Below are positions 49,701-64,000 of a DNA stretch of 64,000 nucleotides, one piece after another (the stretch's first letter is position 1; every line of letters starts with the position of its first letter). The stretch comes from Eledone cirrhosa. Its lineage: Eukaryota. A program made the position numbers and the translations under genes. The notes beneath the pieces were generated by a model. That model had not been told where the DNA came from and ran no database searches. It worked only from the letters and a program-made list of their open reading frames with translations. Location: contig OZ024742.1 of assembly GCA_964016885.1 (NCBI GenBank), positions 318,556,001 to 318,620,000 of the forward strand, given 5' to 3'.

Positions 49701-52700
49701 GAGCAACAGTTAAAAAGTATTAAACAACAACACAATAAGCATTTTAAGGCCATTTCCCTGCTATAGTAAGAGTTAGTTTTGTGGGCAACACGATGGGCTT
49801 CATACTCTTCACAAGGTTCTTTTGGAGACAATGTTTTACAGTCAGTTACCTTTCTTGGCACCAACTCTTTTAGTTGCCTCATATAACCAGATACACACAG
49901 AATATAAATAGAATAGAAAAATTTCTTAATACTATCAGGAAGTTGCTTCAAGTGTCTTTGCAGTCTTTATATGCTTTATGGTATTCACATGATCTTAGTA
50001 GCAATTAGTGGTGTGTCTCATTTTAGTTGCTAAATTGGTCACATTGAGGTAATTATTGCCCAACAAGATCGGTTATTTTTGTAAGTTAAGAGTAACATAG
50101 CTGATTAACCTCTCCTCGCTACCACTACCTTCATATATAACTGATAGACATTTGATTGTGGACACTCCACTCTTTGGGAAAATGAAAATTTATCTCAGAT
50201 TTGAACTCAAAATACACTGCTAGCTATTTATTGCAGTGATCTACCAATTCTTTTTAACTTGTTCATTTTTAACCCTATGAAACAAACCCCCCAATTTTAA
50301 AAGAGTTCCTATTTAACCCTTTTGATACTAATCTCCCCTAAAACTGCCTCCATTGTTGTTGTTTTTTTTATATGTAAAGTTATTTATTTTAAAGTGTTTA
50401 TATTTATTTAAAAACCTTCCATCATATTTTTATATAAAAAAAAATGTATGCAATACAACTAATTTTCTCATTAAACTAATGCTCCAAACATTAGTTTAAT
50501 AATGAGAAAGTTCTATTACTAAATCCAAAATAATTTGATATAAGAACTTCTTTTACAGATACCATCTTTATTAATAATTTTAGTAAACCCCCCCCCCCCC
50601 CCCCCATGTAGTAGCTGTGTGGTTAAGATAGCTAAGCTGTTAGCTGCTAATTTGAACATGAACCTTACTACATTGAATAGCCAAAGTATTATACATTACA
50701 CACACCCATTGTGTTTGTAGTTGTAAAGAATGTACTTTAGACAGGTAACTGTAGCAAAATATTGTCTCTAGTAGGTTATCGTTCTGTTAGAGCTATTTAG
50801 TCATTTGATCAGTGCATTAGAGCTGGATAAAATAAGCTGTTGGTTGGCACATTTGATTAATTGTCAGTTTCTCTGTGGTAGTCATTCAACTACTTATTCC
50901 CCTTTGTGGACACAACATGGCTGAATGGTTAAGCAGTTCACTTTATAATCATTAGGTCTCGAGTTCAATTCTACTGTGTAGCATCTTGGGCAAGTGTCAT
51001 TATCATAGACTTAGATCAATCATGACGTGTGAGTGAAATTAGGTAGACAGAAACTGTTTAGAAGCCCATTGGATGGACTGAACTTGTAATTTAAAGGTCC
51101 AACCATGTCACACTTTGCTGAATCTCCCTGAGAATTACGTTAAGGGTAAATGTGTCTAGAGAATATTCAGCTACTTACATGTTAATTTGATGGGTAGGTT
51201 ATTCTGTTGATCAAACAAATAGAACCCTCATTGCCAAAACTGACGGAGATCCATTCCTTTTCCACTTATTCCCTTCTCCGTAATAAAGCCTGAAGTCTTG
51301 TACATGTGTAATAAATCTTTATTCTATGTAAATCCATCAAGTTAATTTCCTCTAGTTGTGGCTCAATTGATCACTGGCATCATATTTTGTATGAGTCTGT
51401 TCAATTCTCCAATGATTAGCATTTGTTAATGAAATGAAAAATTTGTTCTGTGTATGTGTGTGTAATGTTTTAACCCTTTTGTTAATATTTTTAATGAAAA
51501 ACTGCCAACGATTTTCAAATAATTCCAAAAATATCAAGTATATGGAGAGATTTAGTAATATAAATAACTTTCTCATTATTAAGTTGGTGTTTGGAATGTA
51601 ATAGATTGTTACATAAAAGAATGTTGGAAGGATTTTAAATAAATATACACATTTTAAAACAAATTTTGTATCATAGAACCAGGGGTAGTTTCAGGTGGTT
51701 TGGTATTAAAAGGAATGACTATGTGGTTAAGAAGTTTGCTTTGCAACCACATGGTTTTGGTTTCAATCTCCTTGTGTGGCACCTTGGGCATGTATCTTCT
51801 ACTATAGCTGCAGATTGACTATTGCCTTGTGAATGAAATTGGCAGTTGGAAACTGTGTGGAAGCCTGTTGTATATGTCTGTGTACCTTTGCTTTGCATGG
51901 GACACCACTTGACATCTGATTATCATCATCATCATTGTTTAACATCTATCTTCCACGCTAGCATGGGATAGACAGTGATGGTGATGTTTATTTATGTCCT
52001 GCAGCTTTGTGGTTCAACATGCAAAGACCAGTACCTTAAATAATGGTTGGTGCCAGTAAAAGCATCTGGCAATAAAATACTGCCTCAGAAATTCGCATCT
52101 AATCCATGCCTGCTTTAAAAAGCAGTTGTAAAAAAGATGATGGGGGTGACTTGATCTCTACCCCCTTTTTTTGCTACTTTTATGGGGTGTAGAAAAAAAA
52201 TGTATGCCATCCCTTCATCTAAATAATAAAACCATACTTGAAAAATAGTTATAATAAAAATAATCAACACAAGATAAAGTTACTTTTAAAATAGAATCAC
52301 ACATACAAATGCAATAAAAAGATATGTATTCGCAGCATAGTTACGACCCTTTGCATTCTGATTTCAAATCTCGCCGAAGATAGCTTTGCCTTTCATCCTT
52401 ACGAGGTCGATAAAATAAAGTATCAGTAACGCACTAGGGTCGATTTAATCAACTTTCCCCTCCCCACAAAATTGCTGGCCTTGTGCCTAAATCAGAAACT
52501 ATTATTTTATGGGGGAAAGAAGAAGCATTCTATGTGTCTTAAATAATCCAGTATTTTGTTTGTTTGATATTTATTGATGCATTCAATTCTCACTGTACTT
52601 TATATTTCATTTTGTGATGTGGAATTTCTTCATCAGTGATACAGTGTTTAGTTATTTGTTTCTTGATTGTTCCTTCTTCAAGATTAAAAAAATTTTTTTT

Positions 52701-53389
52701 CAAAATGATAGGATAAACATTTTTCTAATTGAATGTCTTTTTCCTTGTTAATGAAAACAACATATTTACATTGTGAATAAAAAAGCTTTACATAATATTT
52801 AGTGATGTATTGGATTAAAAACCTAACAATGAATTTACTGATGCATTGGCTTGATATAACTGTGGTTATGTAATTATCCTTAATGAATGTACTGTAAACT
52901 TGGTAAAACAAGATCCTGTTTAAGAAACATTGGCTTACATCAGCTTTCACAATATCATCTGTTTAAATTTTTAGCATTTAAACCGACTGTATCGAGCCAG
53001 AATTTTCTCACCTCTTTCTGTTCAAACCGGCCATAACAGGCTGCTCATACTTATGTTAAGGTATTGTTCTCAAAATAAATATCAAAATCTTGTAGATTTG
53101 ATATTATGTGAGGTAAAGTGTTTACTATTAATACGTATATATAGAGTAATGTAAATGCTAATGGGTTAAACATTGTTTTCTTTTGTCTCTAAATCTAGAA
53201 ATTATGCTCATCTCATTCTAATAGAATCCAGTTCTTTGGGTATCTTAATGTCAAAGTTAATGACATGTAGATGTTGATTGTGATAAAATTTATAGTTTTG
53301 TAGATTTGTATTTAAGTATATAGGTTAGATCAGTTGAAGATAAGTTTATCAGAAATCAAAGTATGTGATTTAGTCATCTGTGACTATGA

Positions 53390-53832
53390 TGTTTTCTTCC
53401 CTACTGTATGGAGCTGAAACCTGGACAGTCTATAAAGCTCAAGTAGACAAGTGACATGCATATGATGACAGCTGCAGCAAATTATGAATATTACTCTTTT
53501 TGACAAGATCAGGAATGAAGAAATCCTCCAGCATGCTGGTCTGCTCCTATGATGGAAATTCTCATTGATAGAATTTTACAATGGATAGGACATACACAGG
53601 GTGGACAACAGCAGATTCCCCAGGCAACTCCTTCACTCCCAACTATGCATGGAGAAAAGAAACCAAAGATGACTTATACTGAAGTTCAAAGATACTGCAA
53701 AAAGGAATATGAAGTGGAAAGGAATTGATCATAACAAATGGCAAACCCAAGTGAAAAACTGACTAGTATGGAGAAAGTTTATCAAGCCAAAGCCATGAAC
53801 AGTCATAGTCATATCAACTGGCTGCTAGATGA
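53390..53832 (+). mobile_element. Degraded RTE 3' end (another family)
   Basis: LLYGAETWT, KIRNEEIL, LQWIGH, RFPRQLL, KFKDTAK remnants. Confidence 0.75.
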
Positions 53833-54127
53833 TGTGCTTGAATATAAGCTGATCCAAATATAAACCCTGCCTTTTATTTTATGCCTGAGAAATGGGCAAC
53901 AATCCAAAACCTTTTTATAAGCCGAGGTAGCTAATCAACAAATGTTTAGATGGCGTGGTTTTTAAATACTTACAAGTATGAAATATATTTTTGAACTTTT
54001 AATATTTTGACTTAAAATGCTTTAAGTGTTGTTTAGAAGATAGTTTTTGTTTCACAACTCCATTACGTGATGCTTTTTTTGCCCTTTTTTACCATCGTTT
54101 TTTTTTCTTTTTTGGCACATTTCTTGG

Positions 54128-54240
54128 TTTATAGACGTCTATAAACGGTAACTTGACAGAGAGAGAGATGAATATTGTAGTTTATATACGTCTATAAACG
54201 GTAACTTAACGGAGAGAGAGAGAGAGATGAATATTGTAGT
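54128..54240. repeat. Tandem duplication of a ~55-bp unit with a palindromic head
   Basis: tttata(g/t)acgtctataaacggtaactt.ac(ga)n tgaatattgtagt twice; gtttatagacgtctataaac is a perfect 20-bp palindrome. Confidence 0.8.
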
Positions 54241-55355
54241 GAATGTGTTATAATCTCCTGCCCTGTCTAAGAGGACAGTAGCTACGTTTAAGTATTGACC
54301 TGAGCCATAATGATCTCTTCAACCCATGACAGGATAGAAAAACAGATTTTAACCCTTTAGCATTTACATTACTCTCTGTATACTATTATATTTTCATGGT
54401 AAAGGCTTTATCTCACATAATATCGAATCTATGAGATTTTAAAAGTATTTATTTTGAGAACAATGCCTTAACATCAGTTTGAGCGACCGGTTACAGCCAG
54501 TTTCAACAGAAAGAGGTAGAGAATTCTGGCCGGTTTGAACATTAAAGGGTTAAATGAGGACTTAATAGTTTTTCTATTTATATAATTTGCTTTAACCCCT
54601 TTGTTTACCATATTTCTAATGAAAGACAGTGCCTATGAGTTTTAAATAATTTTTAAAATAGGGATTTAAGTCAAATCACTGACATTTTTATTATTAAAAT
54701 AAAGCAAATAGCTTGGTATTGCAGAACTAGTAGGAGCAGTTTGGTATCAAAAGGGTTAAATTGTCATTAAAGATTTCTGTGGAGATGCTTGGATCCCTCA
54801 TGTTCAAAATATGCTTGTTCTTTATCACTGAATAAAAATCTTAAACATATTTCTTCAAAATAGGTTTGTCTTATACACCTGTGCATTTTATAACCTGAAA
54901 AATATGGAATATAAGCTAAGTGATGGCGTAGTTTGTGGCATCACACTATATCATAGCTGGTGATGTAGCATAAAAATAATTTAGACAGGTGAGTGATATA
55001 GTATACCTGTCTATATTATATCATATGTATGCATAAAGTAAAAGGAAACAGCACAGTACAAAGAGGGAATATATTAGTTTAACACTTGATGTATATAATA
55101 AGAAAAGTCATTATGTTTCGGACACTAGTCCTTCAAAAGATAAAAAGAGAAACAAAAGATAAAATTAAAAGATAGAGAGTGAGAAGAGGAAGGAACGAAA
55201 AAAAATTATTTTGAAAAAAGGTTGTGTGTATTCAGGCAGCCATTTTGGAGAATCATAATATATATATAACAAAGAGGCTGTGGTAAGATACCAGGTGGAC
55301 CATAATGCAACAGAGTACTCAATACTTAGAGTAGTAGAGTGGGTAATAGGGAAAG

Positions 55356-55456
55356 AGTCCGGACCCCGACGGCTGAGCTCTGGCCGTTCGATGGCTAGAT
55401 TCAAGTTCGGATCTAGCCGTCGAAACGACCAAAGCTCGGACATCGGGGTCCTGACT
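55356..55456. repeat. GC-rich ~100-nt imperfect hairpin inside a (TA)n-flanked ~200-bp element
   Basis: agtccggaccccga...gagctctggccgttcgatggctagattc pairs with ggatctagccgtcgaaacgaccaaagctc...tcggggtcctgact. Confidence 0.85.
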
Positions 55457-56134
55457 ATTTTCTTATATATATATACACTAGTCTGTATAATACTGTTGTG
55501 TACTTGTTTGCAGCATTGAGTTACGTCCTTTATGATCTGAGTTCAAATCCCGTCGAGGTTAACTTTGCCTTTCATCCTTACGGGGTCGATAAAATAAAGT
55601 ACCAGTAATGTACTGGGTTATTGCTGGCTTTGTGCCAAAAGTAGAAACAATTATTTACCTGTCTGAACTACATCACATATACACCAAATATCAGTTGTAT
55701 AATCACCATATACTCACATTACTGTTCGGTGCTGCATTATATATATATATATATCTACTAAAATGATTATATAATAAGCTGTATAAACAAGCACAACAAC
55801 ACAACCATATGTGCTTGTCTATAAATGTGTTCACAAGTTTTTAAGTATTAGCTGTAGTAATGGGAGAAGGAATATTTTGGGGTTATTGTGTCAAATATTA
55901 CATGGCTCTGCTTGTGACTTACTCTACCTGTTTGTCTACCTAGCTTGATCAAGCCCTAGAACTGGTTGTTGCTATGGCAGTAGATTTTTAATATTTTGCT
56001 AATATTGAAATTTCTAAAGAAGAAAATAAGTTGTTACAGTACCAAATCAAAGTTTCTTGACCTCAGCAAATGCCACCTTCAATAATTATAATTTTTAATA
56101 ATGATAGTAGTATTAGTATTAGTTGTAGTAATAA

Positions 56135-56575
56135 AATGAATTCTGATTTAGGCACAAAGTCAACAATTTTGGGAGAGGGGAAAATCGATTAAATTAACCC
56201 CAGTGCATTACTGGTGTTTTATTTAATTGACCCTGTAAGGATGAAAAGGCAAAGCTAACCTCGGCAGGATTTGAACTCAGAATGTAAAGGGCCGTAACGC
56301 TATTCTGCAAAGCAGGGTGTCCGATACCCTATCTATACTGCCAATCCACTGTCCTGTAATAATAATAATAATAATGATTTCTAGTATAGGCACAAGGCCA
56401 GTAATTTTGGGGAAAGGAAAGTCGATTAAATCGACCCCAGTACATTACTGGTACTTAATTTTATTGACCCCGTAAGGATGAAAGGCAAAGTTAACCCCGG
56501 TGGGATTTGAACTCAGACCATAACTCTATGCTGCAAAGCATGGTGCCCGACTCTCTACCGATACTGCCAATCCAC
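56135..56575 (-). mobile_element. Two tandem SINE family A copies separated by (AAT)n
   Basis: Both read aggcacaa...cccagt.cattactggt...gacc..gtaaggatgaaaggcaaag.taacc...gatttgaactcaga...gccaatccac. Confidence 0.85.
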
Positions 56576-57773
56576 TACCCTTATATATATATCGAAGGGT
56601 TGTGAGTTCAATTGTCAGACTGGGTGATATGTTGTTTCCTTGAGCAAGACACTTTATTTCACATTGCTCCAGTTTACTCAGCTGTAGAAATGAGATGATA
56701 GGGACTGGGGTCCATATCTTTCCACTGCAAAGTGGTAGTGGAGGTGCCATGGCAAAAAAGCACCCAGCAGTCACTGTAAATGAGGTTGGTGTTAGGAAGG
56801 GCATCTAGCTGTAGAAATCAAGCCAGAATCAGTTCCCGTCCCACCCTTGCAAGCAGGGAAAAGGCGGACATAAAATAAAATTTTTTCTTCACTATTAGGA
56901 GTTTGTATGGTTGTGATTGTAGTAGCAGCAGTGTAACAGTGATGTAACAAAAGGAGACAAATCTAGGGCCTTGTTTTATCTAAAGTAATATAGTGGATTG
57001 CAGTACTTACTAGGAGTACAACAGTGATGTAATAAAAGAAGCAATCTAGTGCCTTATTTTATCTAAAGTGATAATAGTGGAAAGGAAAGCAGTTTCTTAA
57101 CCCAAACAACTTTGTGTGTAGGGATGATGATGATGATGATAGGTGGTCTTTTGAGATGTTTTGATAAAAGTGATGAAAATAGATATAGAATATCTTTTGT
57201 GGGAATGCAAATTGATCACATACATCATTTAATGTTGTTTTTCCCTGCTAGTGAGGGTTGAATAGATTGTCACCCGATCAGTACTTAGTGCTATTGATTC
57301 TCAGATAGGCCAGTGGCTACATCGTCTTACATATGTACCTGAACTCTACAGAGTATACTCAATGTGTTTTATCATGGCATCAGCACAAGGGAGATCGTCA
57401 TTTTTGGCAAAATAATAATAATTTTTCCCTTTCTTTGGCAAGTTTTCTATGGCTGGATGCCTTTCCTATCACCAACCATTTTATAGAGTGCACTGGATGC
57501 GTTTTATCATGTCATCAGTATTTGAGAGGTCACCGTGTTCTTGACACAACGGAAAAGTCCTCTCAACTCTTTTTAAGCATGGCAACCTGCAGCTGGATAT
57601 CCTTTCTATCACCGACTCTCTTATGACATGTATTGCGTGCATATTTTTGTGGCACCGGCATTAGAAACGTGTTTTGACTGATGGGTCCTCTCAGCCCTTT
57701 TTGTCATGGTTTCTTTAGATAGGAGTCCTTCTTAACACCAACAACAGAGTGAATTGGGTGTATTTTGTGTATG

Positions 57774-57856
<83 letters not shown>

Positions 57857-57916
57857 ATCAACATCATCATCATCATTTAACGTCCATCTTCCACGCTAGC
57901 ATGGGTTAGACACATA

Positions 57917-57960
<44 letters not shown>

Positions 57961-58057
57961 TGTATGTATATATATATATACACATATATGTATATATATA
58001 TATGTGTGTATATATACATATATACACATATATGTATATATATATGTGTATATATAT

Positions 58058-59251
58058 ATCACAGGTAAGCTAACTAACAACACAGATTTTACATGTGGCC
58101 GGTGCTCTGGTGCAATAAGTAGCAGCAAGTGCCCACAAAATACTAGCTCTTTCAATTGCGCAGAGGGTTCTATAGAAATAGTGGACTGCTTCCGTTACCT
58201 GGGTGACAAAATCAGCAGTGGGGAAGGGTGCTCTGAAAGTACAGTAGCTAGTCAGAACTGGATGGAAAAAGTTCAGAGAGCTTATACCACTATTAGCCGC
58301 TAAAGGGTTCTCCCTAAAAATGAAAGGCAGGTTGTATGATGCCTGCATACGAACAGCAATGTTGCATGGCAGTGTGACCTGGGCATTGTGTGCAGAGGAT
58401 ATACGCAGATTAGAGAGGAACGAAGCTTGCATGCTCCGCTGGATGTGTAATAGTAATATACGTGAACGGCAAAGCATAAACGAACTAAGGAAAAAATTAG
58501 ATATAAGAGGGATCAGATGTTGTTTACTCGAGAGAAGGCTACGTTGGTATGGTCACGTGATGCGCATGAAAGACGACAGCTGTATAACAAAGTGCAGGGC
58601 AATAAAGATAGATGGTAGCCACGGAGTAGGCAGACCCAGAAAAACCTGGGACGAGCTGATAAATTCCGACCTCACACACTTACACCTCTCCAAGACAATG
58701 TCACTGGACCGAGACCTTTGGCGGTACTCAGTAATAGAGAAGACCCGCCTTACCTAAATACAAAGTAAAACCTACTACAGTCAGTAGGCATCTCTAACAA
58801 AATACACCCCCGTCCCACCACCCCCACCCCATCCACACCGCCCCTTTCAATGTAAAGTTATGTTGGTACCACAACATCCAGGCCGAAACAAATGAGATCG
58901 TGTAGGTGTCACGACAAAAAACACACAGTCCACGCTGTAATGTGGCCGTGTAGGCAACACGGTAAAAACCTCCCAGTCCCACACTGTAAATGTGGTTGGT
59001 GTTAGGAAGGGCATCCAGCTGTAGAAAACCCGCCAGACAGTCCACGCTGTAATGTGGCCGTGTAAGCAACACGGTAAAAACCCCCCAGCCCCACACTGTA
59101 AATGTGGTTGGTGTTAGGAAGGGCATCCAGCTGTAGAAAACCCGCCAGACAGTCCTATGCGAGCAAGACAATCACTCTTGCCTCAAGTGGGAAAACCCCC
59201 GTCCAAACCCATGCAAGCGTGGAACACGGACGTTAAACGATGATGATGATG
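58058..59251 (+). mobile_element. 5'-truncated young RTE copy with a 112-bp duplication in the 3' UTR
   Basis: ORF 58320-58757 is intact to the natural stop; duplication 58927-59038 / 59039-59150; (GAT)n tail; TA-rich tracts on both sides. Confidence 0.95.
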
Positions 59252-59254
59252 ATA

Positions 59255-59309
<55 letters not shown>

Positions 59310-59381
59310 ATATATATATGTATATGTATGTATATATATATATGTATATGTGTATATATATATGTGTATATATATGTGTAT

Positions 59382-59382
<1 letters not shown>

Positions 59383-59415
<33 letters not shown>

Positions 59416-60387
59416 GGTTTAGCGTCCGTGTTCCACGCTTGCATGGGTTTGGACGGGGGTTTTCCCACTTGAGGCAAGAGTGGTTGTCTTGCTCGCATAG
59501 GACTGTCTGGCGGGTTTTCTACAGTTGGATGCCCTTCCTAACACCAACCACATTTACAGTGTGGGGCTGGGAGGTTTTTACCGTGTTGCCTACACGGCCA
59601 CATTACAGCGTGGACTGTCTGGCGGGTTTTCTACAGCTGGATGCCCTTCCTAACACCAACCACATTTACAGTGTGGGGCTGGGAGGTTTTTACCGTGTGG
59701 CCTACACGGCCACATTTACAGCGTGGACTGTGTGTTTTTTGTCGTGACACCTACACGATCTCATTTGTTTCGGCCTGGATGTTGTGGGACCAACATAACT
59801 TTACATTGAAAGGGGCGGTGTGGGTGGGGTGGAGGTGGTGGGACGGGGGTGTGTTTTGATAGAGATGCCTACTGACTGTAGTAGGTTTTTACTTTGTATT
59901 TAGGTAAGGCGGGTCTTCTCTATTACTGAGTACCGCCAAAGGTCTCGGTCCAGTGACATTGTCTTGGAGAGGTGTAAGCGTGTGAGGTCGGAATTTATCA
60001 GCTCGTCCCATGTTTTTCTGGGTCTGCCTACTCCGTGGCTACCGTCTATCTTTATTGCCCTGCACTTTGTTATACAGCTGTCGTCTTTCATGCGCATCAC
60101 GTGACCGTACCAACGTAGCCTTCTCTCGAGTAAACAACATCTGATCCCTCTTATTTCTAATTTTTTCCTTAGTTCGTTTATGCTTTGCCGTTCACGTATA
60201 TTACTATTGCACATCCAGCGGAGCATGCAAGCTTCGTTCCTCTCTAGTCTGCGTATATCCTCTGCACACAATGCCCAGGTCTCACTGCCATGCAGCATTG
60301 CTGTTCGTATGCAGGCATCGTATAACCTGCCTTTCATTTTTAGGGAGAACCCTCTAGCGGCTAATAGTGGTATAAGCTCTCTGAACT
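59383..60387 (-). mobile_element. Second, inverted young RTE copy, near-identical to 58271-59251
   Basis: ORF 59900-60337 differs from ORF 58320-58757 at only three residues; carries the same 3'-UTR duplication. Confidence 0.95.
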
Positions 60388-62258
<1,871 letters not shown>

Positions 62259-63851
62259 ACTTTGAATAACTTTGAAATGTTTTGGCCAGTATTGGCCCAG
62301 GCCATGTCTAACTTAATAGCACCACCTGGCGAAGTCTTTCAATTCAGGATTTGGGCACCATGGCCCATTCGAGAAGAGAATTACTGTTTGCGGAGACATA
62401 TCCGGGTGTGGGTGGTTTGTCCGGGATTACTTGGAGGAATTTGTCCAAAGACTTCTTGAATTTTGTGTGGTCAGTTTCTGTTTTGACGTGTCCTGGTGTG
62501 ATGTTGAAGAGAGCAGGGCCGATTGAGGTGAAATAATTGTGCCGTATTGTTGTTATGAGTTGCGATTTAGATTTTTGAATGGGACGGATAGCACGGGGCC
62601 CAAGCCTTGGGTGTATCTTGAAGGCGATGCCAACATCATTTGGGCAGTGATGATGGAACATTTTCCACATCATGCAGATAATATAACGCTCACGGCGACG
62701 TTGGAGTGAGTAAAGTTTCAGGTTTTCCAATCGACCCCAGTAGTCAAGGTCTGACATGCCATCTATCTTTTTCGTGATTGCCCTTTGAGGAGCTTCAAGT
62801 TTCATGATACTTTGTTTCGTGTGGGGAGACCACAGTGGACAACAGTATTCAAGGTGTGGTCGGGCGAAAGTAGAGAAGAGAAGGATAATGGTGCGGGAAT
62901 CTCTCGACTGGAAGGTTCTGAGGATCCAGGAACACATTCTGCGGGCCATGTCAACTTTGCTGCTTATATGCGTGGTCCAGCTTATGTTGCTGTCCACGGT
63001 TACTCCCAAGTCTCTGATGTTGTTAGATGCCACGAGAGTTTCCCCGGAGGGAAGGGAGTACGGGAGTTTCAGAGCATCCTCTTTTCCAAAGTGGATCAGT
63101 TCGAATTTGTCTTCGTTCAGTAACATGTTGTTCTTTTCTGCCCATTGGGTAACAGCCAGTAGGTCTGACTGAAGGCTTATCCGGTCATCCACGCCATTGA
63201 TGACCTTTTGGAGCTTGGAATCATCAGCGAAAATTTTAATGTTGCTGTGTTTGATGATGTCAGTGATGTCATTAATATAGATGATGAAGAGAAGTGGGCC
63301 CAACACAGTGCCTTGTGGGACTCCACTACTGACTTTGGCTGGGCTTGATTTGACTCCCTCAACTACAACATGTTGGGTTCTGTTTGACAGGAAGCTCTTG
63401 ATCCACTGCAGCAGCTTTCCAGTGACACCAATATTGGACAGCTTTCTCAGTAGAATGTTATGATCAACCCTGTCAAAGGCCTTGCTGAAATCAAGGTAGA
63501 TAACATCAGTGTTGGAACCCTCTCCCAAGGCTCTCAAAATGTCATCAAAGTGATGCAGTAGTTGCGTCAGGCAATCCCTTCCATTACGGAATCCATGCTG
63601 GTTGGAGTTCAGCATATTGTTACTCTCAAGGAAGTGGGTCATTCGCGATCTCACCACTCGCTCAAATACCTTAATGATATGAGAGGTGAGTGAGATTGGA
63701 CGGTAATTCACGGCAAGGGATTTGTTTCCCTTTTTGAAAACTGGGACAACAGACTGGGATAGAAGGTTTTCTGGCACATATCCAGCATCCAGTGAGTTCC
63801 GCCACAGATTGGCAAGAGGAGAAGCAAGTTGGTGTTGACACGCCTTCAAGC
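62259..63851 (-). mobile_element. 5'-truncated CR1-group LINE with an uninterrupted 501-codon RT/C-terminal ORF (62344-63849)
   Basis: [56 protein letters not shown]; short 3' UTR ending (ttcaaagtta)x2; TA arrays on both sides; the ORF start is only the truncation point. Confidence 0.95.
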
Positions 63852-63888
63852 GTATGTATATATATATGTATGTATATATATATATATG

Positions 63889-63951
<63 letters not shown>

Positions 63952-64000
63952 ATATATATATGTATGTATATATATATATGTATGTATATATATATATGTA
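63852..64000. repeat. (TA)n/(TATG)n microsatellite running off the window
   Basis: Direct reading. Confidence 0.98.

Overview
AT-rich, repeat-dense eukaryotic genomic DNA. The repeat families (RTE LINEs with (GAT)n tails, tRNA-derived SINEs, abundant (TA)n) suggest an octopus-like cephalopod; this is inference. Three host genes are recognisable: a spliced COX10 (five coding exons, 10044-18177, +; 5'-most exon not resolved), an intronless NTHL1 (22631-23833, -) convergent with it, and the first coding exon of an SRSF3/7 (RBP1)-like RRM gene (34266-34411, +) whose next exon is not visible in the remaining ~29.5 kb. The rest is mobile DNA: RTE LINEs (one family with a PHD-type zinc finger inside the RT), CR1-group LINEs, a CRE-like RLE relic, SINEs, TTAA-flanked MITEs and a ~1.9 kb compound microsatellite. 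Best leads: (1) short non-coding, (TA)n-embedded inverted-repeat elements carrying type I hammerhead ribozyme motifs (5395-5465, 5869-5936, 30105-30181, 37829-37912), resembling Penelope pLTRs or retrozymes; (2) the PHD-in-RT RTE family nesting in TA arrays, including a ~1 kb near-identical inverted pair inside a probable intron; (3) a beta-propeller-blade-like segment in the COX10 N-terminal exon. Everything was read by eye; no searches or folding were run, and repeat boundaries are approximate.
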